Notes under the pieces: generated by a model
Databases searched by the model: none
Told to the model about the DNA's origin: nothing
The model's input: only the letters and a program-made list of their open reading frames with translations
Translations under genes and position numbers: made by a program
In this document: one piece after another, positions 29,029-39,374 of the stretch
How the letters are laid out: the number at the start of each line of letters is the position of its first letter
How positions within the stretch are numbered: the first letter of the stretch is position 1
NCBI RefSeq assembly: GCF_054482525.1
Contig: NZ_CM137006.1
DNA: 64,000 bases
Strand: one strand, 5' to 3'

Positions 29029-29437
29029 CTAGCTCATTTCAGGCAGGCTCAACAGGCTGCAGCCCGCATGTTTAAGGGCGCAGGTTATCAGCAGGTTATA
29101 AGCTGACCGGATACATTCCGGCAAAGAAAAACCTTGCAGCGATGAAAGCCGTTTCGGTAATGCAATGACGATAAAGCTGTCCTGTATATATGTGCTTCGC
29201 CTCAAACGCTTGCCGTTTTGGTATTGTGCACATGCCGTCTGAACGATGTGGAGCCAGAAAAATGGATGCGTTATGTCATTGAGCATATCTAGGACTGGCC
29301 GGCAAACCGGGTACACGATCTGTTGCTCTAAATAGTTGAGCTGGCCTCTCAGTAAATATCAATACGGTTTTGGTGAGCCGCTTACCACTGAAGCATCACT
29401 TCGGCAGGTAGATTTCTGCAGGCAGAATGGCGCTTAC
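29029..29437 (+). mobile_element. IS66-family remnant (3-prime end of transposase plus terminal repeat); left limit uncertain
   Basis: The plus frame at ~29225-29330 reads …LVLCTCRLNDVEPEKWMRYVIEHI*DWPANRVHDLLL*, the C-terminal signature of IS66-family TnpC with an in-frame stop. A GTAAGCGCC-type end (ggcgcttac) lies at 29429-29437. Confidence 0.55.
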
Positions 29438-29462
29438 CTTAGCGATAAGCGCGTAAATGTGG

Positions 29463-30476
29463 TTATTCAATACCTGTGGTGACTGTAAAAGTGCGCGTTT
29501 GCTGCGGTGCAACCTGAATCAGCGTGCCATTACGTTGCGCGGCAAGATACCCCTCAGGTCGACAGGTTGCTGGTAATGCAAAGGCGGCTACCTGTTGCTC
29601 GCCGTTATAAAGGATCCAGCGTGTCACATAATTTAGTTCAGCACTGGAGAAACGAGTAACAAACGTAGTGCCATCGGGAGCGATCATGCGAAACTCTGGC
29701 TGATCTGTGTAAGCGTCCAGTTTGTCTGCAAAGAAGACTATTTCTGGATCATAAAATTCCGGTTGATTCAGCGTCGACAGAGAGGCTTCTCCCTGCATAA
29801 TCCGTTGATTAAACGCCAGCCACTGGGCGGTGGGATTAACATGCGAAGGTACTGATTCACGCAACCTTAATATTTCGTCCGGTATATTCTGGCTGAACGT
29901 AGCATTTGGTATATATGCATAATTCATGTGGCACATATATTGTAGTGGCATATCTACAGAAGCCAGATTGGTTACGGCCATCTTAATATCGAACAATGTA
30001 GAGGATTTGTGAAGGACCACTGTTGGCTGAGCCAGATAATGATGCCCGAACCCCATTACATACTCGTAACGCCCGGTAAGGCGTAACATATCTCCCTCTA
30101 ATTCCATCCATGCTTCATCCATCGCGGCACAGGCCATTTCACCGTGTAGCAGATGAGTATCTTCCGCAGATGGGCAGCCATTAGCCAGCAAACCTGAATG
30201 AAAGGCAAAACAGCCATAGGTCTCTATCACCTCTGTCGCCGGTTTAGGCTGGCGAAACATATTGCACATGGTGAGACTGTGTCCATCAAATTGCGCATCC
30301 CAAATCATCTGCCCCATCCAGGGAAGAATAATTAAATGTCCACGACTGTTTGCAATTTTAAGCCCCTCGACACCACTGTCATAGCGAAAAGACGTGACAG
30401 TAAAATCACTATTTTCCAGCAAGATACGAGGTTTTTCGCCAAAAAGCGCCCGCCACAAATAAATACGCGTACTCAT
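29463..30476 (-). CDS. deoX: Aldose-1-epimerase-family protein of the deoxyribose cluster
   Basis: A 337-aa ORF, last gene of the co-oriented kinase-permease-epimerase trio. The assignment follows the described deoQKPX organisation and my recognition of the neighbours. Confidence 0.7.
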   Translation of the reverse strand: MSTRIYLWRALFGEKPRILLENSDFTVTSFRYDSGVEGLKIANSRGHLIILPWMGQMIWDAQFDGHSLTMCNMFRQPKPATEVIETYGCFAFHSGLLANGCPSAEDTHLLHGEMACAAMDEAWMELEGDMLRLTGRYEYVMGFGHHYLAQPTVVLHKSSTLFDIKMAVTNLASVDMPLQYMCHMNYAYIPNATFSQNIPDEILRLRESVPSHVNPTAQWLAFNQRIMQGEASLSTLNQPEFYDPEIVFFADKLDAYTDQPEFRMIAPDGTTFVTRFSSAELNYVTRWILYNGEQQVAAFALPATCRPEGYLAAQRNGTLIQVAPQQTRTFTVTTGIE

Positions 30477-30487
30477 AACGATTCTCC

Positions 30488-31804
30488 TCAGGACTCTGTG
30501 ACTTCAGCCAGTGCATTACGTACTTTGCTTTCACGCCAGAAGTAGACACCGACATAGACAAAACAGAGCATAGAAACCAGGAATGAAAGCTGTAGTGAGT
30601 GGAACATATCTGCAATATACCCCTGAATTGCCGGAACCACCGCTGCGCCAACAATAGCCATAACAATGACTGCTCCTGCCATTTCTGTATGTTGGTTATC
30701 AACTGTATCCAGTGTTCCTGCATAGATCGTCGCCCAGCAAGGGCCAAACAAAACACTTACCAGGACGGCGACATAGACCGCGCTGAAACTTGGAGCCAGT
30801 GCAACATATGCCAGAAACAGCGCCCCTATAACGGAATAGAGAATTAGGACTTTTTCCGGATTAAAACGTGTCATAAGGATGTTGGCTATAAACTTGCCAA
30901 TAAAGAAGCAGGCAAAGCTGTAGACCATGAAGTTTGAAGCATCACGTTCGTTGATATCGCCCAACTCCAGTGCCAGACGGATGGTAAATGACCATACTGC
31001 GACCTGCATACCCACATAAAGGAATTGAGCCACAATACCACGACGAAAGCGCGAATTTTTAGCCAGATAGCGCAGCGTATCCATTGCTGACGGGCGTTTA
31101 TGGTGACTTGTCTGTGCCACTTTACAGGTTGGGAAGCGGGTTAAAAGGAACAACACCATGACCACAACAAGAATCATAATCATATACTTATACGGTTCAA
31201 GGGTGTTCTCTAACATCAGCACCTTAAAGTTGTGAATTTGCTCGGCGTTCATTCCGGACATCTGCTTCTCAAGGCTTTCCCCCTCGGAGAAAACCAGATA
31301 TTTGCCCAATAAAATACCAGACGCAGCACCAATCGGATAAAAGGTCTGGCTGATATTGAGCCGCAATGTGGCATAGGCTTTTGGACCGATCATTGAACTG
31401 TATGTGTTCGCTGCAGTTTCAAGGAAACTCAGGCCAATCGCAATCGCAAAAATAGCTGCAAGGAACATAGTGTAGGTTGCCATATGCGAGGCAGGGAAAA
31501 AAAGTGTACAACCACCAATATACAGCGTCAGGCCAATTAAAATTGCCACCTTATAACTGGTCTTTTTAATCACAAGGGATGCTGGTATTGCAATTAAAAA
31601 ATAACCTCCATAAAATGCGCTCTGCACCAATGCTGAAGCAAAGTTACTTAGCGAAAATACACTTTTGAATTGAGTGATTAATATGTCATTTAATGCAGCT
31701 GCGCATCCCCATAGCGGGAATAAACACGATAACAAAATAAACTGGAACAAGGGAGTCTTATTCAGATACCCATCAGGCATCTGAATGATGTTTTTATCGT
31801 TCAT
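30488..31804 (-). CDS. deoP: MFS sugar permease (fucose-permease-like), deoxyribose permease
   Basis: A 438-aa polytopic membrane protein with 12-TM-like hydrophobic periodicity, lying between the kinase and epimerase genes. Confidence 0.8.
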   Translation of the reverse strand: MNDKNIIQMPDGYLNKTPLFQFILLSCLFPLWGCAAALNDILITQFKSVFSLSNFASALVQSAFYGGYFLIAIPASLVIKKTSYKVAILIGLTLYIGGCTLFFPASHMATYTMFLAAIFAIAIGLSFLETAANTYSSMIGPKAYATLRLNISQTFYPIGAASGILLGKYLVFSEGESLEKQMSGMNAEQIHNFKVLMLENTLEPYKYMIMILVVVMVLFLLTRFPTCKVAQTSHHKRPSAMDTLRYLAKNSRFRRGIVAQFLYVGMQVAVWSFTIRLALELGDINERDASNFMVYSFACFFIGKFIANILMTRFNPEKVLILYSVIGALFLAYVALAPSFSAVYVAVLVSVLFGPCWATIYAGTLDTVDNQHTEMAGAVIVMAIVGAAVVPAIQGYIADMFHSLQLSFLVSMLCFVYVGVYFWRESKVRNALAEVTES

Positions 31805-31831
31805 AGTGCTACCTTTAACTGTGCAGGATGA

Positions 31832-32752
31832 TTATTCGTTTAAGGTTAAAAATTCATTAAATTGTTCAATACTCGGATAAGATGATTGCGTACCTTTCCC
31901 TGTGACGCTGAAAGCGGCAAAGAGAGCGGCTTTTTTCAAAGCGGCTTCAACATCACCGCTTTGAACATAATAATGGGAAAAGCAACCAATAAATGCGTCA
32001 CCAGCGCCACTAGTATCAACAGCATTTACTTTGAATGCAGGAACATGGACTTCCTGATCGCGGGTCATCCATAATGCGCCTTTTTCGCTCATGGTAACAA
32101 TAATATTGTTCAGCCCTTTATCAACTAACGAACGTGCGGCCAAACGAATATGATCATAAGTATCAACCGACATACCGGTTAATATTTCCAGTTCTGTTTC
32201 ATTCGGGATAAAGAAATCACATTTGCAGGCATAAGACATATCTAACTCACGCAATGCCGGAGCCGGATTTAATAACACTTCAATACCATTTTTCTTACCA
32301 AACTCAATCGCGTGGTAAACTGTTTCCAGTTGAACTTCCAGTTGTAAAACGATCAATTTGCATTTTTTCAGATCTTCTGCAGCTCGATCGATATCTTCCG
32401 GGGAAAGAAATTTATTCGCTCCCTTAATTATTAATATACTATTGCTCGAGTTGGCATTAACAAAGATCGGTGCAACACCACTGCTGGTACAGGGGACCTT
32501 CTCAACATAAGTGATATTAATTCCCCATGATTCGAGATTACGAATAGTATTATCCGCAAAAATATCATCACCTACTTTAGTCAGCATCAGGACTTTTGAA
32601 TTCAATTTAGCCGCCGCCACCGCTTGATTAGCACCTTTCCCACCACATCCGATTTTGAAGGCAGGTGCTTCCAGAGTTTCTCCTTCTTTAGGCATCTGAT
32701 TAGTGTAAGTAATGAGATCCACCATATTGGAACCAATAACTGCAATGTCCAT
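31832..32752 (-). CDS. deoK: Deoxyribokinase (ribokinase/PfkB family)
   Basis: Start MDIAVIGSNMVDLITY at the ATG at 32752. Motifs: GGKGANQAVAAAKL and C-terminal DTSGAGDAFIG (PfkB signatures). It reads like Salmonella/E. coli DeoK as I recall it. Confidence 0.85.
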   Translation of the reverse strand: MDIAVIGSNMVDLITYTNQMPKEGETLEAPAFKIGCGGKGANQAVAAAKLNSKVLMLTKVGDDIFADNTIRNLESWGINITYVEKVPCTSSGVAPIFVNANSSNSILIIKGANKFLSPEDIDRAAEDLKKCKLIVLQLEVQLETVYHAIEFGKKNGIEVLLNPAPALRELDMSYACKCDFFIPNETELEILTGMSVDTYDHIRLAARSLVDKGLNNIIVTMSEKGALWMTRDQEVHVPAFKVNAVDTSGAGDAFIGCFSHYYVQSGDVEAALKKAALFAAFSVTGKGTQSSYPSIEQFNEFLTLNE

Positions 32753-33057
32753 TTCACTACCTCTTATAAACTTTCGCATAACAATGGTATTTAAATAACA
32801 TTAGCATGTTACTTTTGCATCATTTGTGACTGAGATCGCGATTAGCACATCAACCCGATGTTTATTTAATAGACTTCCAGTCTCATCACTCAGGCCAACA
32901 CGATCTAATCATAAGCAACCTAACAGGATTAATACCGAAAACTCAGCAGCCTATACCCTTTTCATTTCAAAGGGGCGGTCGTATAGTATGGTAATGAAAA
33001 CAATGTTTACTAACGCCAAAATGTTATTTTTATAACATTCTTACGGAGAGAGAGTTG

Positions 33058-33840
33058 ATGGAAACGAAGCAAAAAGAGCGTATCCGACGTTTGATGGAAC
33101 TGCTTAAGAAAACCGACAGAATCCATTTGAAAGACGCAGCGCGAATGCTGGAAGTTTCTGTAATGACTATTCGTCGCGATCTCCATCAGGAAGATGAACC
33201 TCTGCCACTGACCCTACTGGGTGGCTATATTGTAATGGTGAATAAACCCGCGCCATCCATGCCAGTAATCCATGACGTTCCAAAAAATCATCGTGATGAC
33301 TTACCTATTGCAATTCTGGCTGCCGGAATGGTTAATGAAAATGATCTGATCTTCTTTGATAATGGTCAGGAGATACCACTCGTTATAAGCATGATCCCGG
33401 ATGCAATCACCTTCACCGGTATCTGTTACTCACATCGCGTCTTTGTTGCGTTGAATGAAAAGCCTAATGTAACAGCAATACTTTGTGGTGGTACGTATCG
33501 TGCCAGAAGTGATGCTTTTTACGATGCCAGTAACTCTTCGCCATTAGACTCTCTCAATCCGCGAAAAATATTTATTTCCGCCAGCGGTGTGCATAATCAC
33601 TTTGGCGTCAGCTGGTTTAACCCTGAAGATCTTGCCACTAAGCGTAAAGCGATGAACCGTGGACTACGGAAAATTTTGCTCGCCCGCCACGCGTTGTTCG
33701 ATGAAGTGGCCTCTGCCAGCCTCGCACCGATCTCTGCATTTGACGTTCTGATTAGCGATCGTCCGTTACCGGCAGATTATGTTACGCACTGCCAGAATGG
33801 TTCTGTAAAGATCATTACACCTGATTCAGAAGACGAATGA
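33058..33840 (+). CDS. deoQ: DeoR-family repressor of the deoxyribose cluster
   Basis: N-terminal DeoR HTH (…RIHLKDAARMLEVSVMTIRRDL…) plus a sugar-phosphate-binding-type C-terminal domain. Divergent from deoK. Confidence 0.8.
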   Translation: METKQKERIRRLMELLKKTDRIHLKDAARMLEVSVMTIRRDLHQEDEPLPLTLLGGYIVMVNKPAPSMPVIHDVPKNHRDDLPIAILAAGMVNENDLIFFDNGQEIPLVISMIPDAITFTGICYSHRVFVALNEKPNVTAILCGGTYRARSDAFYDASNSSPLDSLNPRKIFISASGVHNHFGVSWFNPEDLATKRKAMNRGLRKILLARHALFDEVASASLAPISAFDVLISDRPLPADYVTHCQNGSVKIITPDSEDE

Positions 33841-34951
33841 CTTACTGAAAAAACACCACAATCTTGTTAAACATCGTCGGATTGGACTGATTACGTTGCA
33901 CTTTCACCACATATTCCAGCTTATCTATTTGGCTTATCACCTACTCCAGACGCTGGTCATCCTTGACCAGTAGCCAGATATGGCTTTTGTCGCAGTCCTG
34001 AATCGGCAGGCAGAGAATGTCTTCAACGTTAAGAGCGCGACGGGCAAAAGCCCACAAAGGTGAGTCATTACACCCGGATGGTAAACAGGCACTTCCTTGT
34101 TGTAGAAGCCGTTATATTGTCCATAATGTCTGGGTTTTTAATGCATACTGGGTAACAACCGGACGAATCTTCGAATATCACTGGCGCTGCCAGCCGGTTT
34201 GAATTCATCTCACAACCCTGCATAGAGCGAATCTCCTGCCTGCACGTCACTCCACTCCATGGTATCAACTTCACACTCTTTATCTGCGGCTAGTTTCAGC
34301 CACCAGATAAGCATCGACTATGAAAGATGAGCCATGACAACATAACGTTGGTAACGCTCTGACGCCTTAATGGAAGATGCCTGCCACCATAGGGAATGTA
34401 AACGACTGAAGTGTGGCCTTTAATGCCGTGAACGGCTCATGGTCTCCTGGCACGGTTGCCGCCCCAACCTGTAACAACATTCCACAGTACAATGTCTGTC
34501 AGAGTCAGAGCCTCCCATGCTTGTTGTAGTAACTCTACCAGTTACGAACATCCTTCCTCAAAATTGTTGTCATATCTCGCATGGAAGAAAAGATCCTGGC
34601 TAAGGAGCAACACACAACGTATTGCGGAACTTGCATATTTTTCCTGTAACTAGTGTATTACCACATATGGTAATAGCTACCTGTGTGGTTTCGCTGGATA
34701 GCAAGGGGATTTATTCGCAAGTAAAATGCCTGATAAAATACACGAATCTAGTAATCATCAATATTTACTCTGGTCGAATGACGCGTGAAGTGGACTGCCA
34801 GCAGACGCGGCCAGTGGTCCACCGCCTGCTGAACAAAACGCCAGATATCTCCCGGCTCTGAAAGTAACGCTTCGGTTATTTGCACGGAATACTACTCCTT
34901 CAGACTCTGTTAAGTTTTGTTTGTTAAACCGGTGCAGACCTGCAGGAAAGC

Positions 34952-36204
34952 ATGCCAGCACCGGCACTGTACGATATAAACATCCGGTACCGGGGATACG
35001 AATGGAATGACGAATACGCCAGAAAAGGGATAACAACCTTCCTCATAATGGTGAAATCATTCGCTATCGGTTACACGGTACGCGATGTCGCCAAAGGCAG
35101 CTGGATCGACGAATCCACGGTCACGCTACCGAAAGCGCCGCCGCTTAACACCCTGCCTCGGGCGACCAAAGTGCCGGAGCCGCAGCCGCCGCAGGAAGAT
35201 TACACCTTTGAAGGTTACCGCAACGCCGACGGCAGCGTGGGCACCAAAAACCTGTTGGGTATTACCACCAGCGTGCACTGCATGGCAGACGTTGAGGACT
35301 ACGTGGTTAAAATTATCGAACGCGACCTGCTGCCGAAATACCTGAGCATCGACGGCGTGGTCGACTTGAACCACCTCTACGGCTGTGGCGTAGCGATTAA
35401 TGTACCGGCCGCCGTGGTGCCAATTCGCACCATCCATAATATTGCGCTGAACCCAAACTTCGGTGGCGAAGTGATGGTGGTGGGCATGCAGTGCGGTGGC
35501 AGCGACGCGTTCTCCGGCGTTACCACTAACCCCGCGCTGTCGGCTACGACTCTGACCTGCTGGTGCGCTGCGGCGCAACGGTGATGTTCTCCGAAGTCAC
35601 TGAAGTACGCGACGCCATTCATCTGTTAACGCCACGCGCCATCAATGAAGAAGTGGGCAGGCGTCTGCTCGAAGAGATGGCCTGATACGATAACTATCCC
35701 GATATGGGCAAAACCGACCGCAGCGCCAACCCTTCGCCGGGCAACAAAAAGGGCGGCCTCGCCAACGTGGTAAAGAAAGCACTCGGCTCCATTGCTAAAT
35801 CGGGTAAAACCGCAATTGTTGAAGTGCTGTCGCCCGGTCAACACCCGACTAAACGCGGATTAATTTACGCCGCGACGCCAGCCAGCGATTTTGTCTGTGG
35901 CACGCAACAGGTGGCTTCGGGTATCACCGTGCAAGTGTTTACGACCGGCCGTGGTACGCCGTACGGCCTGATGGAGGTACCCGTCATTAAAATGGCGACC
36001 CGCACCGGGCTGGCGAACCACTGGTTTGATTTAATGGATATTAACGCAGGCACTATCGCTACCGGCGAAGAAACCATTGAAGAGGTGGGCTGGAAGTTGT
36101 TCCACTTTATTCTCGACGTCGCCAGCGGGAAGAAGAAAACCCTCTCGGATCAATGGGGATTGCATAACCAACTGGCAGTGTTTAACCCGGCACCGGTGGC
36201 CTGA
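34952..36204 (+). pseudogene. garD: Galactarate dehydratase gene remnant (5-prime truncated, frameshifts, internal deletion)
   Basis: Pieces in different frames read …EGYRNADGSVGTKNLLGITTSVHC…, …GGEVMVVGMQCGGSDAFSGVT…, …[20 protein letters not shown]…, …[22 protein letters not shown]…[13 protein letters not shown]. Relative to GarD as I recall it, the first ~70 codons and ~95 internal codons are missing. Confidence 0.8.
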
Positions 36205-36266
36205 TATTCTCTTCATACATTAAGTTGTATTATGCCCGATAACGCTTGTTTATCGGGCATAGTGAA

Positions 36267-37091
36267 TCACAGCGAAGACGCGAGCTCCCCGACCAGAATC
36301 ACTTCAACCCCAGCCTTTCGCAAGCCTTCCAGACTATCCGCAGGAATGCCTTCATCAACAATGATCATGTCGATACGTTGAGTATCAATGATCTTATGTA
36401 AACTGGAACGATTGAACTTACTGGAATCGGTGACCACGATGATCCGTTCCGCAACTTCGCACATCCGGCGGTTTAAACGGGCTTCATCTTCATTATGCGT
36501 GCTGACGCCGCGCTCCAGATCGATCGCATCTACACCAAGAAACAGCATATCGAAGTGGTAATTTTGCAGCGATTGCTCAGCCTGATCGCCGTAAAAAGAT
36601 TGCGACTGACGGCGCAAATGCCCGCCGGTCATCAGCAGCTCAACGCCTTCCGCTTCCAGCAACGCATTAGCCACGTTCATACCGTTGGTCATCGCAATTA
36701 CGTCAGTGTGCTTGCGCATCAGACGAGCAATCTCAAAAGTGGTGGTCCCGGAATCGAGGAGCACCCGATGACCTGGCTGAATCAACTCAACGGCAGCTTT
36801 CGCAACGCTGCGTTTCATCGCGGTGTTCAGTGCGCTTTTGTCTTCCACTGATGGCTCGACTGACGGCGTCGTGCTATCGCAGATCAACGCGCCACCATAG
36901 GCACGCACAGCGATCCCCTGCTTTTCCAGAAACGCCAGATCGTTGCGGATCGTCACAGTAGATACGCCATACAATGCCGACAGATCGTTAACCTGCACAC
37001 TCCCTTGCTGTCGCAGACGCTGAATGATCTGTTCTCGTCGCTCGCTGGTGCCTGTCACTCGCTTCTCACCTGAAGCGTCGGTATTACTCAT
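36267..37091 (-). CDS. agaR: DeoR-family repressor AgaR
   Basis: [52 protein letters not shown]… is essentially the E. coli AgaR sequence as I recall it, with a short C-terminal extension. Confidence 0.9.
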   Translation of the reverse strand: MSNTDASGEKRVTGTSERREQIIQRLRQQGSVQVNDLSALYGVSTVTIRNDLAFLEKQGIAVRAYGGALICDSTTPSVEPSVEDKSALNTAMKRSVAKAAVELIQPGHRVLLDSGTTTFEIARLMRKHTDVIAMTNGMNVANALLEAEGVELLMTGGHLRRQSQSFYGDQAEQSLQNYHFDMLFLGVDAIDLERGVSTHNEDEARLNRRMCEVAERIIVVTDSSKFNRSSLHKIIDTQRIDMIIVDEGIPADSLEGLRKAGVEVILVGELASSL

Positions 37092-37100
37092 AGTAAGTCC

Positions 37101-37305
37101 TTTCGTAAAACTTTCGTTTCATTTCGTTTTGCCTATTAACGCCTTTCTATTAAGCAAATGCAAGCCCACCTTGCCCATTGGCGCAAGCTACTCTCGTTTC
37201 ACTGACTTTCATTATGTTTCTTTTGTGAATCAGATCAGAAAACTATTATCTTTCGTTTTATTTTTATCTCACCATGACGCAGTATCAACTGAAACAAAAC
37301 GAAAG
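37101..37305. promoter_or_regulatory. agaR-kbaZ intergenic control region with repeated TTTCGTTT operator-like motifs
   Basis: tttcgtttc (37112), tttcgtttt (37122 and 37251), the variant tttcgtaaa (37101) and the inverted aaaacgaaa (37297-37305). The AgaR operator core is TTTCRTTT as I recall it. Confidence 0.55.
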
Positions 37306-37339
37306 ATTAATATCGCAGCAATCTGAACTGGAGAGGAAA

Positions 37340-37678
37340 GTGAAACATCTGACAGAAATGGTGAGGCAGCACAAAGCGGGCAAAACAAATGGAATTTATG
37401 CCGTTTGTTTTGCCCGCTTTGTGCTGCATGGGGCGAGCGATGTGCCGGATGAGTATGTTCGTCGCACCATTGGGCCAGGCGTCTGCAAAGTCAACGTTGC
37501 AACCGAGTTGAAGATCGCCTTCTCTGACGCTATCAAAGCTTGGTTTGCTGAAAATCAGCAGAGCAACGATCCGCGCTTTTACATGCGGGTTGGCATGGAC
37601 GCCATGAAAGAGGTGGTCAGAAGCAAAATCGCCGTCTGCGGCTCGGCAAATCGATTACGGCTACCGGCGGAGGCCTGA
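37340..37678 (+). pseudogene. In-frame kbaZ(5-prime)-kbaY(3-prime) deletion fusion
   Basis: GTG at 37340 with upstream gagaggaaa. It reads (M)[22 protein letters not shown], the KbaZ N-terminus. It then continues directly …[35 protein letters not shown]…[30 protein letters not shown], the KbaY/GatY C-terminus. Confidence 0.7.
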
Positions 37679-37791
37679 TCCAACAGCGTATTACCTCAAT
37701 ATTTCAAAATAATTATAAGTCCCACAAATATGAAGGCGCGTCCTTAAACCGGGTAGTGCCTTCCATTATCCTAAAATTCGAGGAGCCCTAT

Positions 37792-39363
37792 ATGACACAA
37801 AAAAAATCTTTTAAATCAAAATTATGGGAATTTTTACAAAGTCTGGGGAAAACCTTTATGTTCCCGGTTTCGCTTCTTGCCTTTATGGGATTGCTGCTGG
37901 GTATCGGTAGTTCAGTCACCAGCCCTTCCACCATTACTAGTTTTCCCTTTCTGGGCGGCGAATTTACCCAGTTGACCTTTGGCTTTATCGCTATGGTCGG
38001 TGGCTTTGCTTTTACCTATCTGCCGCTGATGTTTGCCATGGCGATCCCCATGGGGCTTGCCAAGCGCAACAAAGCGGTCGCTGCCTTTGCCGGGTTCGTT
38101 GGCTACATGCTGATGAACATGAGCATTAATTATTACCTGACGGCTACCCACCAGCTTGCCGACCCCGCCACCATGAAACAGGTAGGACAATCGATCGTGC
38201 TGGGCATTCAAACCCTGGAGATGGGGGTATTAGGTGGCATTGTGGTTGGGGTTATCACCTATTTTCTGCATGACCGTTTTCAGGACACGGTTCTGCATGA
38301 CGCCTTCGCCTTCTTTAGCGGCATTCGTTTCGTGCCGATTATTACCGCGCTCACCCTGTCGCTGGTGGGTCTGTTCATTCCCATGCTGTGGGAATACGTC
38401 GCGCTGGGCATCGCGGGCATTGGGCATATCATCCAGAGCACCAGCGTTTTCGGCCCCTTCCTCTACGGCGTAGGCGTGCTGCTGCTTAAACCTTTTGGTC
38501 TGCACCACATCCTGCTGGCGATGGTGCGTTTTACCCCAGCAGGCGGCATTGAAATGGTAAATGGCCATGAGGTCGCCGGGGCGCTGAATATCTTCTACGC
38601 CGAGCTCAAAGCCGGCCTGCCGTTTAGCCCGCACGTTACCGCGTTTCTGTCACAAGGGTTTATGCCGACCTTTATCTTCGGTTTACCCGCCGTGGCTTAC
38701 GCCATCTACCGCACCGCGCGTCCGGAAAATCGGCCGGTCATTAAGGGGTTGCTGCTTTCCGGCGTGCTGGTTTCCGTCGTCACCGGTATTTCAGAGCCGA
38801 TTGAGTTCCTGTTCCTGTTTATCGCCCCCGCGCTTTACGCCTTCCATATCGTCATGTCTGGCCTGGCGCTGATGGTAATGGCCCTGCTGGGAGTGACCAT
38901 CGGCAATACCGACGGCGGCATTCTGGATCTGCTGATTTTCGGCGTGATGCAGGGAATGTCGACCAAATGGTATCTGCTGTTCCCGGTTGGTATTGCCTGG
39001 TTTGCCATCTACTTCTTTGTCTTCCGCTGGTACATCCTCAAACACAACATCAAAACGCCGGGCCGCGAGGTGGATGTTCAGGGGGCACAGCAAGCCGTCG
39101 AGGCGAACACCCGCGCGCGCGGAAAATCAAAATACGATCACGAGCTTATCCTACGTGCGCTCGGAGGTAAAGAGAACATTGAGTCGCTTGATAACTGTAT
39201 TACCCGCTTGCGTCTGGTGGTGAAAGATATGGGCCTTATCGATCAGCAGGCGCTGAAAGCGGCAGGCGCGTTGTCAGTGGTGATGCTTGATGCGCATAGC
39301 GTGCAGGTGATCATCGGACCGCAGGTACAGAGCGTCAAAACCGGCATTGAAGCCTTAATTTAA
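37792..39363 (+). CDS. PTS EIICB component, glucose/maltose (MalX-like) family
   Basis: ATG at 37792 after gaggag. There is a polytopic EIIC domain followed by an EIIB domain with the phosphocysteine motif NCITRLRLVV. Confidence 0.85.
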   Translation: MTQKKSFKSKLWEFLQSLGKTFMFPVSLLAFMGLLLGIGSSVTSPSTITSFPFLGGEFTQLTFGFIAMVGGFAFTYLPLMFAMAIPMGLAKRNKAVAAFAGFVGYMLMNMSINYYLTATHQLADPATMKQVGQSIVLGIQTLEMGVLGGIVVGVITYFLHDRFQDTVLHDAFAFFSGIRFVPIITALTLSLVGLFIPMLWEYVALGIAGIGHIIQSTSVFGPFLYGVGVLLLKPFGLHHILLAMVRFTPAGGIEMVNGHEVAGALNIFYAELKAGLPFSPHVTAFLSQGFMPTFIFGLPAVAYAIYRTARPENRPVIKGLLLSGVLVSVVTGISEPIEFLFLFIAPALYAFHIVMSGLALMVMALLGVTIGNTDGGILDLLIFGVMQGMSTKWYLLFPVGIAWFAIYFFVFRWYILKHNIKTPGREVDVQGAQQAVEANTRARGKSKYDHELILRALGGKENIESLDNCITRLRLVVKDMGLIDQQALKAAGALSVVMLDAHSVQVIIGPQVQSVKTGIEALI

Positions 39364-39374
39364 CAGGAGGAGTG

